Positions 1-14,048 of a stretch of 64,000 nucleotides of DNA are shown here, piece after piece (position 1 is the stretch's first letter; the number at the start of each line of letters is the position of its first letter). The stretch is from Chromera velia (taxonomy: Eukaryota), in NCBI GenBank assembly GCA_018398765.1, contig JAHBMJ010000079.1, forward strand, positions 1 to 64,000, read 5' to 3'. A program made the translations under genes and the position numbers. The notes below the pieces were generated by a model. It saw only the letters and a list, made by a program, of their open reading frames with translations, was not told the origin of the DNA and did no database searches.

Positions 1-48
<48 letters not shown>

Positions 49-175
49 TCCTCTGACCGGAAGGAACCTTTCGATCGGATGTTCGTTCGATTTTGTCTGT
101 CTGTCTATCTGTCTGTCTGTCTGTCTGAAAGAAACATGAGAGTAGTTCGTGTAATTTCGCCCTGCAGTCACTCAG

Positions 176-1135
176 GTGTACGATCGGAGATCCCCCAAAG
201 GCATTGCGCCGAAGAAGCGGCTTGGTGGGTTGACTATTCTGTTTGCTCCTTTTCGTGAACGGGAAGGGTGTTTCATTGGTTCGCTTCTTAAATTTACTCT
301 CCTTTCACTGATGAGGGTAGTTTGCCGTCCTGCAATTGCGTGGGTTAGATTTCTCGTTGCAGGTCCAGCTTCGTCATGATGACATCTTTGTAGGAGATCT
401 TGGAGGGGTCTGAGGTGTCTGCTCAGGTTTTCCTTCTTCCTTCCTTCCTTCCTTCCTTCCGTCCATCCTTTCTCACTTGTTGCCTCCTCCCTCTGCTTCT
501 TCCTGCATGCAGCTCCCTCAGTCGTTGCAGCCAGGCGGTCTCTCTTCTTTCTTTGCGGTCTGCAGCAATTTGTCGGTAAGCAGACTAACGGGAACACACA
601 CAAACACATAAACGGGCACACGCTGAAGCACAAGCACCGTCTCTTTCGCGTGCGTGCTCTTGCTCTTTTACACATTCACACATACAAACAGGTGCGAACC
701 TCCCTTTATCAAGGCCTTCCTTCCTCCCTCCCTCCCCTCGTCCCTTTCGGCCTCCTTCCCTTCCATTTTGGGTTTGTGTGCTCTTCCTGCAGGCCTCTTT
801 CTTTCTTTCTTTCTTTTCTTCCTTTTTCTTCTTTCTTTCTTTCTTTCTTCCTTCCTTCCTTCCTTTCTTTTTCTTTCTCTCTCTCCTCTCCTCTCTCTCT
901 CTCTCTCTTTCTTTGCGTTTGTGAGCTTGCGCAATTGATGTTTACACGTGTCGTCCATCCATTCGACGTTTGCATGCGCTTGTGTGCGTGCGTGTGTGTG
1001 TGTGTGTGCATTTGCCGTTTATCTGTGCTCATGCGTGCAGGTGATGTAACAGGGTGTTTCATCTACCAGCTCGATTTGATGTCCAATGAGTGGACAACTG
1101 TGAGTGGAGTCACTCAGTGAGTGTGTGTGTGTGTG

Positions 1136-1170
<35 letters not shown>

Positions 1171-4100
1171 GAGAATTTGTTGCATGATGGCTTTTTGAAG
1201 CCTCGGTGCAAAGAAATGGAGGAAGAAACGATGCACGGAAACGGTAACGAATGGAGCCGAAGGAATTCGGCCCCTTCTTGTGTGCCGTAGAGGGAAGAGC
1301 CTCACTCAATCCTTTGGCTGTCACCTATCTGTCAAATGGTGAAACCGCGAGTGACACAGAAAGAACGACATTGTTTTTTGGATGACTCCGAAGAAGCTAT
1401 TCAGAAGTATGACGGAGACAGCGATTCATCCCAACCACATTTCTTCAGAGATTACTCCACTTAATTCGATTCTTTCTTCAGAGATTACTCCACTTAATTC
1501 GATTCTTTCTTCAGAGATTACTCCACTTAATTCGATTCTGTTGCGTCTCTTGTCAGTACATGCAGGTCATCACAATGTCAGTACTATGTGTGATTCACAA
1601 TGCAAACATTCAAAGGAAGAGATGATTCTCTCTCTCTACATTCATTGTGCCATTTTGCAGGTGGACTTTGATGTCCGCCAGTTTCCTTCGTCTTTCCCCT
1701 CCTACGACAAGAACGCAGCTTTCAAAGTAAGTAGAAAGAATAATGCAAAACTTACGACTTCTCCAAAACCACTCAAATGATCCTTCTATTGATACTTTCC
1801 TGCACACGAGAAGCTCATCTGGATTTTTTGTCTGTATGAAACTGCAGTACTGGACAACCATGCGAGGGTGTGCGCTCTCCTGTATGAATCACGGTACTGA
1901 GAGGTGTGTTTTCTGAGGTGTTTGTTCTTCCTTCTGTATGCAGAATTGCCGTACCGGACAGACCTGCGTCCAGTTTGACGATAAGATCTTCGTCTTTGGG
2001 GGTTGTGTTCTTGGGGATGGAGAGGGAAGGCTTGCGCGGCCCCGGTGAGTGAACTCCTGCCTGACTGACTGCCTACTTCCTTTCTGCATTTTGTCCGACC
2101 GACCCGAACTCTTTCCTCCCTTCCGATTCCCCCTTCTTCTGTTGTTCTTCGGGATGTGCGGAGGAGCCTATTCTGTGCGCACTAGTTTGGGATCTGTTTG
2201 GGCAAGGAAAGCAGGAAAGTCCCCTTGAGTGGATGCATCAGTCTGGATGGTCGGTTTTCATGCTCCTTTTCTTCATTGCCGCGTGTTGGCGGTCGAGGAT
2301 ATACAAATTTGTTTGTAGGTCCATGCGCAATTATGTCCTTTGATAATCTATTTCCTTTTCCTCTTTTGTGCTGCCTGCAGAGTGACGAGCGACTTTGTGT
2401 TTTTTGACCTTTTGGAGCAGCAGTGGTTAGTTGCTGAAGAGTCGCTCACTCACCAATTTGCATTTCCTGCCCGCCCTTGGTTCACTCACTGCTTGGCCGG
2501 CCGCTTTGCTGAGGCTTTCTTCCCTTGTGTCTGGATGGATGGATGCTTGTCGCCCTCATGACCACCCCTGCTTCCTTCCACATTGTCTTTCACCAGTGCC
2601 ACTGCGGTACTACAGGAAAGGAAGGACAGAGCAGAAATCGTTCCACCCGCCCTCTCTCCTTCCTTTCGTGGTATCCTCTCAGCTGACCCCTGTGGGCAGA
2701 GAAAAGGCCGCGAGAAGAGGAATGTAAGAATAAAAACAGTGAAGTGGATCCAATAGAATGAAAGTCTGTGTTCCCTCCCGGTATGTGTCGAGAGACTTTT
2801 GTTTATTTTGGGATCTACAGGGTGCCTTCTTTGAATTTATCTTATCTTGATCTAATTCCTACTCAACTGCTTGCCTTTCTTTTGTCCGGCTGCTTCCTTT
2901 TCTGTTTGACTCAGATTTTCTCCTTCTTCTTCCAGGCACAGTCCCAAACAAATGGTCTCACACGTAGTCCACAAGTCTTGTGGCTCGGCTTTTGCAAATG
3001 ATTTCTGTTCCGTTCTGCTGTGTTTTTTTTATTTCGTGCTTTCTTTCTTTCTTTCTTTCTTTCTTTCTCTCTTTCTCTGTCCCTCCTACTCAGGTTTCCT
3101 GTCTTTCCAGACCCTGCCCAGGAGCCTGAAGGTGGGGTTGGTAAGTCTACGCAGGTTTTTCTCGAAGGAGAGGATGATTCTTATCAGGGGGAGGAAGAAG
3201 GGGGCGGAGAGCAGACAAGTGGGGGTGAAGAGGTGAGAGGAGGACGGGGGGGGAGACAGAGTGAACTGATCCAGCCGGCGGGTCGGCAAACGACGTCCGG
3301 TGGGAGGAGGCGGCAGACACGGACAGGGACAGAGGGGGGTGAAGGGAAAGCGCCGGTACGGGTGATAGGAGCCGACGGAGAGAGACATGCAGAGGGGGAA
3401 GACGAAAAAAGAAGGGGGCAGCCGAATCCGGCGATCAACGTTTCAGACGGGGAGGGGGAAGCAGCCCCCGCGTCACTGTCGCCTAGTGTCTTTGCGGACC
3501 TCACTTCTGCTCCTTTCCGAAGTGAGCCTCTTCCCCCCGATGCCCCTTGTCCTTTGCAAGTGCGAAGGAACTCTGCACTCCAACAAACACCGGGACCCTC
3601 CGGAACTCTCCCACCTCCATCCCCGCTCCCTCCCGTTACAGATGCAGAGCGAGAGTCACCATCAAAGAGAAGGTTGCATGATGCCCAAAGGGAAGATGAG
3701 GGACCCGTAAAAGCTGAAGAAAAGGAGGATAGAGGTAGGGTTGAGAAGGAAAGAGGAAGAGATAGGGTGAGGCGAGATAAAAGGGGAAAAGCACGTGAAA
3801 GAGACAAAGATAGAGCTCCGATGCGCGTGGAATTATCTCTCGAGCGGCATTCGAAAAGGGATAATCTGGAAACGCGTCGGCGTTCCTCCCTTCCTCGCAC
3901 GTTTGGATCCCGTCTTACCTTGATGGATTCTGGTATGACAACAGATTCTTCTGAACAAGAAGACGAGGAAGGCGACGACATGTCTGAGGTAACAACTGAT
4001 CAGGAAAAAGAGGGAGGAGAATCGGAGAAAGACGGTGAGGAGAATGAAGGGAGTCCGGGAGGCGGAAGGCCCCGAGAAGACAGAGGCACGGTTTTACATT

Positions 4101-7100
4101 TCCCAGACAGACGCGCACCTTCTTCCTCATCCTCCTCTGTCAACACAGGCGGAGGAGGGCGCACAAGCAAGGGCCATCGTGTCAGCGCCACAGTGCGTCA
4201 CATGGCCTCTGGAGGTGGTGCACAAGATTTTCACAAGGCGGCTGCAGGCAAAGGCGCCCCCCGGGTTGGAGGGGATGGGGTTCCGGGTCCGTCTCCCTCT
4301 TCCTCCTCTGGCACTCACACAGTGCGTCAAAGAAGGGGCACTATGGGTATTGCATTGATGAATCCCTCGGGGGTGGAGGAGGAGGAAGAGATGGGGGGCG
4401 AAGGGGGAGTGAGGAAGACACCTGTCCCACCCCCCCTTAATCTAGAAAAAGAGCATTCGAATGAATCGGCATCGAGCACAGACACGGCGGCTCTTGGCGG
4501 GGATCGGGAGGGAAGACACGAGGTGCCTCCTCACGGTTCCTCTTCCTCCCGGTCCCGCAAACCCAAAAGTCCAACACTCCCCTTGCCTGCAGATGCACAG
4601 CACCGATCCGCAACAGCTGCTGGAGGTTACGCCAATGTCCGGATCGACGACCGCGTGCACGTATATCATTTCGTGAAAAGCAATTCATCGAATCCGTCGG
4701 AATATTCCGGTGGAGGGATGAAGAGTGAAATCGGGCAGGGGGGGGCTGCAAGGAGGCACCAGACTTCCTCCTCGCAGCAAGAAGGAAGTTTGGGGGGGGC
4801 ACATGCACCTGCATCGCAGATTTCGTCCACTGCCACCACATCTGCTGGGGTGAACACCGCAAGGCATCACCCCGGAGGGACGAACAAAGACCCAAAAGCA
4901 GGGGGGCAGAAAGGAGAGGGGGGCGGCGCACCCATGAGCGACGATGACGTAGGTGACCCTGATTACTCAGGGGCCGCCACGTCACCCGCAAAAGTCTATC
5001 GCCGCTCACGAAATGTTTTCACTCTCCCCTCAAATCACATTCGCTCTTCCTCTTTAGATGCAACCACGCTTGCTGCTGCTGCGACTTCTGTCGATCCTGT
5101 TTCTCAGGGAGGAACCGCATCTTCTGCGCTCCGCTCCCAGACGGGACAAAGAGGGATGGGGTTGTTTTTGAAAGCACGAACAGTAGACAAGGGTTCGGTG
5201 GGGGGAGTTTCAGGGAGCGGGGTGAAGAGGAGTGCAGTGGGCGGAATGAGTTCCGTTACGCCTCGTCCAAAAAGTGCCGTGCCTAGACGCCTGTGGTCTG
5301 CACGTGGAGGGGGGGGGGCGTCAAAGGGGGCGGGGAGAAGCCGCAGTGGTTGGGGAGGGCCTTCTGAGAGTTCTCTCTGGGGCGGCACCGTGTCCCCTTC
5401 CCACACGGCTGTACAGAGAGGGACAGCACACGGAGGACAACAGGGTCCACTCTCAAGAAGAAGTTCCAAGGTCTGTCCGTCCCTCTGCATATGAAAGAAA
5501 ACAGACACAAAGAAAGAAAGAAGGTGTCCAGGGGTGCCTTTGTTCTTGGTGCTTCTTCTGCACTTGTCAAGTGTCTTTGAAAAATGTGGTCACAGCCCGA
5601 CGCAATTCTTTTGAATCGGAATCGACCCCTGCTGCGTCGTTGTGTCTGTGTATGAGCGATGGGAGCGTCTTGAAGGAAAAAGTCGGAAATGAAGGGCATC
5701 GAAACAGTGTGCGTCTGTGCGCGCGGGCGTATGGTTGCAGCTCTCCTTTCATCCTTTTTTTAAAAAAGAGAAAAATGCATCTAGAGTGATCAAATGCATG
5801 CATGCAGGTCTCTTTGCATTCGGAATTTTCGAGAATCAACACGGCGGCCTCCCGCCCCTCTCCATTCCACGGCCAACCGGGAGGGTCGCAGAGTCGTGAC
5901 CGCATGAGGCTGTCAAGATTTCGCTCTGGCCAGACGGCGACAAGTGCGGAGAGCGATTCAGACAAGGACAGGGAGAGGGAAAGGGAAAAGCGCAGCGGGG
6001 GGCGTCAGCCCTCGAGGGCGTCAGTAGGTATTGCATCAGGGGGGGTGGGGCAGATGAACCGTTCTTCGGGGGCGGGGCAGAGGGAGAGGAGCAGGAGTAG
6101 TCGCAAAGTTCGGGGGAGTGGTAATCAGTTTGAGGGCAGTCCGGGGACTTCGCGTGGTTCTCCTGGTGCCTTTCCGATGAGGGCTTCAGATGAGGGCAGA
6201 GATGACAAGAGGGGACAGGTTGAGAAGGAAAGTCGAAGAGGACGCACAGATTCCGCCGGCCTTTTGAAAGACGGGGATGTTGGTGAAACCGAGGGGGAAG
6301 AGGAAGAGAGGGATGGGGGGGGACACGAGGATATCGATCGAACAGACTGTGAGGAGGAGGAGGAGGAGGAGGAGGAGGATGAAGAGGAGGCCGTTGTCTC
6401 ATCAGAGGAAGGCATGATGGGAGGGAGGCAGAAGAATCGAAAGAAAAAGCAAAAAAGCGGGGGTGTTAGAGCAAGGAAGGTGGGAGGGGACGAGGATAGC
6501 GGACATGAGGAAAGAGACAACGAAAATGAAGAACAAGACGGAGAAGAAGAGCACGAATTGCCGCCTCCCTTGACTAATCACAGAGCCATGTTGCACAAGT
6601 AAGTAAGTGGATGGACTGCAGGCATCCATGCAGCAAGCAGTGTGTTGTCGTGTCATGCCGGCTGCATAAGAAGAAACAATGTGTCTTGGAATGCATCAGC
6701 CTGCAATCAAGAAGGCTGTCCACTCTTCTGAAGCATTTTTAGATGCAAGAATCGTTTTGGCCTTTTGAAGCGCTGGTACAAGCATGGGGGTACGACACCA
6801 AAGATCCTCGAGAGAAATGGGACAAGAGTAAGAGAGAGTTGCTCGATGAAAGCATTCGGTTGAGAGATACGCACTTGCTTGTATCAGTTGAGTAGTGTGA
6901 TCCAGGAAAAGGGGAAGTGAGGTCGGGGAAAACTTTGTTTCAGGGAGTTGTGTGTGTGTATGTGATGCGTCCCGTGTGTCAATTTCGTCCCATGTTGTTG
7001 CGGCCCTGCCCTGCCCGTGTGGATCGAATTAAGGAGAGAGAGGCCATCCATCCTTTCATATGGACGGACGCAATGCAGGTCGGGCATGCTGATTTTTGGG

Positions 7101-8484
7101 GGTTCTCTCGCCGACGGAAGTGCCAACGACGCGGTGTGGTGGTTTGACCTCAGGGGGTGGAGGTGGCACCGTCTCCATTCAGGATGGTTCGGTCCCAGAA
7201 GGCAGTCGTTGGTGTTCCTACCGACCTGCTGCTCCATGGCTTTTGACCGCCTGGTTGTATACCAGGTAGGTGGGTGAGCTTTGGCTGCCTTTCTGTGTTT
7301 CTGTTTTGAACTTCCCTTCCGTATTGCCTGCTTGTGCTGCCTGATAGTTCGACCTTTCTTTGATCGTCAGTGTCATTTTCTTTCCTTTGAGGGTTGTTTG
7401 TGAAAAAAAAAAAAAAGGAAAAGAAAAACAATCTGGTCTGTTGATTTGTGTGCGTACATGTGCTTGCCAATGTGTGTGAACCGGAAGGCTCCGGTTGTGC
7501 GCTATTGTCCTGTCTTCATGTATGTCTGTGTGTACCCGCCTGAATTCATATCTGTTCCTGTCTCTCTCTTTCTGCCTCTGCCTCTCTGTGCAGAATCTGC
7601 CCTCTCAATCTGGTCCCTGGGCTTTCCACACGCTGATGGCCTTGCGTCTGGACTGGTTGGCTCCTTTTTCTTTTCCTTTTTGTTTCTCTCTTGGTTGAGA
7701 ACCACAATGATGAATGCATTCTGTTGACCTCTTGTGTTCCAACTGCCTTCCTGCATCTCGACTTGTCGCTCTACGGGCCCGAAGAGAAGAAAAAAAGAGA
7801 AGAGAAGAGAAGAGAAAAGTGCAGTCGCATCCTTTCTGCGGGCACGGAACGCAATGCCTTTCTGATTGTTTGTCTCTTTGCTCTGCTCTGTCAATCTCGA
7901 AAGGTGTGCGCCCAGTTTAGATATGAGTGACAAACAGATAGACGTCCTCTCTTTGCAGTGCGTGCTTCTAGGCGAGACATTTTGGAAGTACCCTGCCTTT
8001 CTCGTGCTGTTCTTTCTTCTGCACATCCATGCATCGAAGTTTCCCTCACATGCATCGCTCGGCCTTCCGGCCTGCCTGCATGCTCGATTGATGCCATCAG
8101 GAATTTTAAAGACTCCAGATGGCCTTCCCCCACGATGAGCGCCCTGGAGCTTTTGAGTCAGTTTTTTCTTCTCTCTCCATGCTTGTGCACCCTGCCTGCA
8201 TGCTCGATTGCTGATTTTCTTCTTTTCCGCAGATGTTTCATGTCAGCCGTCTGCCCGTTCAAGTTGTGTGAAGCGAGAGAGAGAGAGAGAGAGAATCTTC
8301 TGCCAAAACTGTTCTTTAACTTCCTTCCTTGAATTCACGTGCCTGCCTTTTCTTTTCCTCTAACGATTCTGTATCCGTGCAGGGGAGACAAAGACATGGG
8401 ACGTCGCTTTCTGGCTGGAAGAGTCGAAGCTGCTGAGGGCTCATCGGGCAGTCATGGTTTGTTTGTCACTCCCCCTCTCCTCTC

Positions 8485-8532
<48 letters not shown>

Positions 8533-11500
8533 CAGCAGTGGTCTGTGTGTCCAGTTCTTTGTCCCTCTTTTTCTGTACTCTCTCCCCTGTCGGGCTCGAT
8601 GGGAAGGAATTTGACTGTGCCAAATGAACTAGAACCTTGCAAGCATCCTGTGAACAGGAGAGGACAGAGAGTCTCTCTCTGTAGCTGTCCCTGTCCTTGG
8701 AGGCAAGTGAGTGAGTGAGTGAGTGAATTTATGTCTCTTCACTGACCGTGCATGCGGGCTGGCTGGCTGGCTCGCTGCAGGCTCGTGTCAGCCCTGCTCT
8801 GAAGGAAATTATGGCCAGTCTCCCGCTTCACGACCCTGCGAGGGAGATGGAGGCCGCCTCTGGGGGGGACTCGGACACAGAGACGGAGAAGGAGGGGTGC
8901 GAACCGATCATCCAGATCACGGCAGTTTCCGAGTTGATCTTCTCAAAGGTTAGAACACTTTTCTTTTCTACAACACGTGACGCAGCTTTTTTTGAATTCG
9001 CATTGCATTTCCGAGTGTGCATGCGCTCGAGGCTATTTGTTCAAATTTCCATTCGCCCGCTGACTTGGCTGGCCATTAAACAAATAATCTCACGTTGATG
9101 AAAATGTTTTTGCAGATGTCTTTGTGATTCTTTCGTAAAACTTTCTTCTTCTTCTTCTTCTTCTTCTTCTTCTTCTTCCTCTTCCTCTTCCTCTTCTTCT
9201 TCTTCTCTCTCTCTCTCTCTGTGTGTGTGTACACATGTATGCGCGCATGGATGCAGGTTCTGGAGGCGGTGTACTCAAATTTCCAGGCGCCCATCGACCC
9301 CGAATTCGCCTTCGAAATTCTGGAAGTCGCCGTCTCGTTTGAGATCTTCCCTCTGATCTGGGCAGCACAACAGGCGCTGAGCATCACTCACGAGAATGTC
9401 CTGCCCCTCCTCAGCCTCGCACGAAGACAACAACTCCAAATCCTCAGAGCAAGGTCAGAAAGAGTCTCTCTCTCTCTCCCCGTCCCCCTTTCGCCTTTGA
9501 CAACTTGCCGGACGGGAAAGGAAAGGCCTATCGTCCATTCAGACTGTCGATACACATGTTTATACGCAAAATTATTTTTCGTTTTCTGAAAGGCTTACGA
9601 CACGAAAATGTCCCCCCAGATTACCCGAGAATAGTGGAGTGTTCCTTTGAGCATTCGAATGCTGGCCCGTCTTCCGTTTTTCGACTTCGTTGTGAGGTCA
9701 TACATAGACTTCAGCCGCTTTTGGGTCTAGCGGGAATTCTGGCAGGTGATATTCACAAGTTGACCTTGCACATGGTTCCTTCAGGTGCGCGGACTTCATT
9801 AACACTCACTTTGAGGTCATCGAGACCCTTGCGCCTTTCCCCACGTCCCTCTCACCCAACTCCAAAATATCCGCGATCGCTACAGAGCCCTTCCCAGCAG
9901 GGAACGCCACAGGCGGCACTACCACAGCAGCAGCAGCAAGAGCCGCCAACTCTGTCCAGACTGCGGCTGCTCCAGCAGGGGGGGGAAGGAGGGCATCTCA
10001 ACTGGAAGCACGCCCTCTTGCGACCCCACTTCTCAAAACTGCTTCAGCGGCAGCAACTCCCGCAGCTGCAGTAGCGGGGGCAGTGACGGAGGCGGTTGCT
10101 GTCCTTCCGGCCACTGCAGCAGCCGCAGCTGTTGGTGGTGTGCAGGTGGCCTTGTCGTCTCCCCAGATGCTCATACGTCGGGGTGCAGGGGGCGGGCAGT
10201 TCTCCCCCGACACTCAGTCACCTGCGTCGATGTCCCTCGTCCCGAGAGGGGGGGGAGTTCCTGGAAGTCCATCGCAACAACCGCACGCAGTGGCACTTCC
10301 TTTCCCGGCCACAGTCCCCACAGTCACAGCAAAAGCCAAAGCTGCTCATGGGCATGGAGAAGGAACGAAAGAGAAAGAAGGCTTTGCGTTCCCTCCTATG
10401 CCTCTGCTGCCGCTCCCCCAAGCTGTGCGCATGCCGGCCTCTCCTTCTTCCCAACACGTGCAGGGTGGGGGGGCGATTATTGACGAAGGGGGCCGCGAGG
10501 GTGTCAGCCCCGCGGCCAGTTCTCCAGGGCGCCGGTCACGCTCAGGCCGAGGCAGTCCATCTCCGGGCTCCCGAAGTCCGAAAAGAGGCGGAGGGGGGGG
10601 AGTAGCCTCACCCATTGTCATCTCCCCGACTGCGGCTGCCGGAGTGTCCACCTCCGCTGCCCGTCTCCTCGAAGCATCAGCCGCTCACCGGTGGGGTCAG
10701 ATGGACAAGTGGGCTGCTGATGGATTTGCGGGTGAGGAGAGTGGAGAGACGCTGGGAGGAGCAGAGCCTAGAGACGGTCCCGGAAAGGAGCCTCTGTGTA
10801 GAGAAACTTCAAAACTGAGTGAGGCTATCGACGTGCCTCCGCCCTTCATCTCTCCCTCCGACCGTCTGCTGAAGGCACAGAAAGATGGAGGGCAACAGCC
10901 GAGTGCCCCCTCGACCCAGGATCCTTCTCACGCGCTCCCGATGCCCTCCTCCTGTGCATCCGCATTTATTCCGGTGGGTGGAGACGGGGGAGGTGAGAGA
11001 ATCCTCTTGCCGAAGGGCTCGTCGAGAGGATCCGAGTTAGATCGGCAGAGAAGGCTATCACCTCCTGAACTGGCCTCTGTACCGACAGCTGTTAAGATGC
11101 CGTTGGGAGAAGGAGATGATGGAAGAAAAGAAGAAGACCTACTCGGTGGGGGTATCCCCTTTTCGACAGGGGGGCAGTGGACACGAAAGGAGAAATCAGA
11201 AGAACCTTCGCAGCAGAGTCTCAGACGGCCTGTCGACATGGAGATTCCCAGATATTTACAGGCTTCTTCCATTTCGAGGGGTAGAAAAGGCATTGGGATT
11301 GGTCTGCCAACTCTGGATGAGCTGCGAACTCTGCATGGAAGAGAGGTAGCAGAGAAGAGGGCAGAAGCACCCCCATCAATGTTCCCCTCTCCCGTCATCC
11401 CCAGCAACATCACTTCACCGCTTTCTGGCCCACACGCCCGCCCCCCCCCGTCGTTCCTTCCCGGCTCCGGCCCTGTCGCGCAAACAGGCAGTGGAACAGA

Positions 11501-13346
11501 GCCCAATCCTTCACTTACCAACCATTCCCCTGAAATGCAAGCACCCGGACCAGGGCCCGTTCCTGCCGTGGGCCCCTCAGGTCCCCCCCCGTCCTCCTAC
11601 TCCCACCCCTCTCAAACACCACTCCCCGCCTCACTGGCCCCGATTCAACCCGGAGTCACAGACACGTCTGGACGTCACCACGCAGGAGGAGTACACCCCC
11701 CCCCACACCCCACGAAGAACCACTCCCAACAGAGGAACCGTTGGGGCCCTCCCCACGGGGCTGTGACCCCGGCAGTTGTCCTGACGAAGGTCCCCATCGA
11801 CACGGGGGTTTTGCCGTCTCCTCAAACGGGGGGCAGCAGTGAAGCAGCGCAGACAGCAGCAGAAGCGGTGGCAGTTCTTCGAGAGTCCACACCCAAGGCT
11901 GGCATCCCCAACCATTCCTCTCCCATGATTGCCGCAGCAGCTCCTCCAGCCCCCCAAGGGGGTGTACAACCACCCCCAGGAGGAAGACAGTCGCCGCCAA
12001 TATGGCCGATTCACGCCCCCATTCCCCCCACACACCCCCACACACGAGAAAGCGCCGACAATCCCTCAGTCTCCTTCTTCCCCCCCCCGCGAATGCCGCC
12101 TCACGCTGCCTCATGGGATCACGCTGCATCAGCTCGTCCTCCACTTCCACCCGCCCACCCCAAGTCACATTCGCATTCTGCAGAGACTAAACAACTGCCT
12201 CACAGCGCGCCTCTAGCAACAGCGCAACCGCTCACGCGCGAAGGATCTCCTGGAAGGCGCGGGCCGATGCACCGTCAGGACACAGAGACGGATGGCAAGC
12301 CGCATATGGGTGCACTGCGGTCCTCTCAACAGGCCTCCCCTGTTCGCAACCGAGAAAGTCCAGTTCCCGTCCCTTCTGAAACGACTCAAAGCCCGCCTCC
12401 ATCCAAAACTCATCCCAGGCCTCCACAGTGGCCCGCCTTGCCCCCTATGCTCATTGCCCCCCCAGCCCTCCAGCAGCATCACCCGCGCCCGCTTACAGCA
12501 CCCACTGGTGGTAGTCAGGTTCCACCCAGTGTGCAGAACCGGTCTCCTCCCCTTCCCCCAGCTGTCGTTCCGGAAGCTCAGCAAATCACACAGAGAGACT
12601 CACAAACGCAGCCCCTCTCAAATCGACAACCGGCTTTTGCGGTCCCAGGCAGCAGCTTCGGGATCCACGGCCCCCTCTCAAGAAACGCACACCAGCCGCA
12701 CCCCCTCCAAAGTGCTCCCCCTACACATTCTGCCGCCCACCAGCCCACTCCCAGATTTGGTTCAGCTCAGCCCCGCTCTCGCCCTGGCAGGCTATCAGGG
12801 GTGGGGGATCCTCGTTCGCATGCAAACAGTGCTGGGGTGTCATCCCCCGCCGCGCTGTACGGCCCTCTGTCACCAGGCCTCTTTCAGGTCATGCGCGGGC
12901 CAGCTACCCGCCAACCGCCAGGCCGCTCGCACGCTCCGCAGGTGCTGCTCCCCCAACACCAAACGCCTCCAGCTGGACACGGGCACGGAGGCATACCACC
13001 TGCAGTCAGAGCCAAAGGAGTCGGAGGGTCGGTACTGCAGGCTGGACAGGAAACACCAGCAGCAACGTCAGTTTCTCACCTGCACAGGGGGGACCGCGCT
13101 AGCGCAGTTCAGCCTCAGAGGGGGGAGGCATCTCGAACTCAGCCTGCTTCCTTTTCCCCCGCTCAACTCCCTGCGGCAAGCACGCAAGGAAGAGGGGGTA
13201 TGCCTTTGCCCTCTGACGGTCCTGGACCCGGTGGAGGATCTTCCGCGGGAGTTCGGACTCCTCCTAGCGGCGCTCATGGAGGGGAATTTGGCTCTAGCGG
13301 GGCGATTCAGGTCCCTCCTCATAAATTGCCCGCTGCTTGGACGTGA
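176..13346 (+). CDS. Multi-exon Kelch-repeat / BTB / BACK protein (LZTR1-like architecture) with very large low-complexity insert and Pro-rich tail; 5' end probably upstream of window
   Basis: GT-AG exons read by hand: 1041-1099 (GDVTGCFIYQLDLMSNEWTT), 1661-1726, 1944-2044 (RTGQTCVQFDDKIFVFGG), 2381-2425 (SDFVFFDLLEQQW), 3094-5470, 5808-6598 (PPPLTNHRAMLHK), 7079-7265 (GMLIFGGSLADGSANDAVWWFDLRGWRW) give Kelch motifs. Exons 8383-8456 + 8781-8948 (WDVAFWLEESKLLRAHRAVM-ARVSPALKEIM) give the BTB start. Exons 9257-9453 + 9785-13346 (VLEAVYS...ITHENVLPLLSLARRQQLQILRARCADFINTHFEVI) give BTB/BACK and run in frame into ORF 10083-13346. Some small exons (e.g. 2600-3000, 7900-8300) are unresolved. Confidence 0.85.
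1441..1539. repeat. Intronic minisatellite, 3 x 33 bp perfect
   Basis: ttcttcagagattactccacttaattcgattct repeated at 1441, 1474 and 1507. Confidence 0.95.
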
Positions 13347-14048
13347 GCTCATCACAAATTGTTACAAACCATCAAGGCTGCAGATCGAATCTTAAAGATT
13401 CACTTTTTTAACCAGTTCTTTTAGTATGACTAGTAGTATGATCATGTGATGTGTGATGAAAATGTAATATATAACGTAGTCACACTCTAAATTCAATTAA
13501 AGCCAAATCCGTAACCAGTAGCACTGAGAGTGTATGGGACTAGGTATGGGATTGACTATTTCACTCAAAATTCCTGGACGGCCGACTATAAAAGACAAAA
13601 TGTAGGGTGAGGTGTTAAGAGTTACTCTTTTAGATCTCTTTTAGTTTGGTTACGGCCGGCCGAGTTACAAATTTATGGTTACTATTAAAGTTAATTAGGG
13701 TTAAAGTGCTAAAGCTTCCGGTAACGGTTATCCTATAATTCTATAAGGTGGTAAGGTCCTAAAACGTACAGTAACGGTTATAGTAACTTGTAAAAGAAAA
13801 CATTTTTGCTGGAGTAACAGAATCTTTGAATAACTGAAGGTCTTAATTAGTTATTACTAGCCTCTCCTATCACCTTCCAGTGCTTCCACTCTGTTTAACG
13901 ACCCTTTTTCGGCGTCCTCAGACGGCTCTGCAGGCCTAGCCGCAGGCGGCTACGCTCTTATCTCTAGTCTTAGCTCTGATCTAAACTATAAGATTTTATT
14001 AACTGGTAAGTTTAAAATTCTTTTAAAACAGTAGTGTACACTGCTTTT

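Noticed and set aside
650..1324. Several 90-160 aa ORFs on both strands
   Set aside because: Translations of intronic (CT)n/(GT)n microsatellites; only short exons such as 1041-1099 are credible
1441..1539. 33-bp repeats resembling a CRISPR array
   Set aside because: Units are contiguous with no spacers, in a eukaryotic intron, with no cas genes
9505..10074. 189-aa ORF with poly-Q
   Set aside because: Alternative frame; the BACK-domain frame (CADFINTHF) continues in the frame of ORF 10083-13346
12292..13395. 367-aa overlapping ORF
   Set aside because: Shadow frame of a GC-rich coding exon with no recognisable motifs
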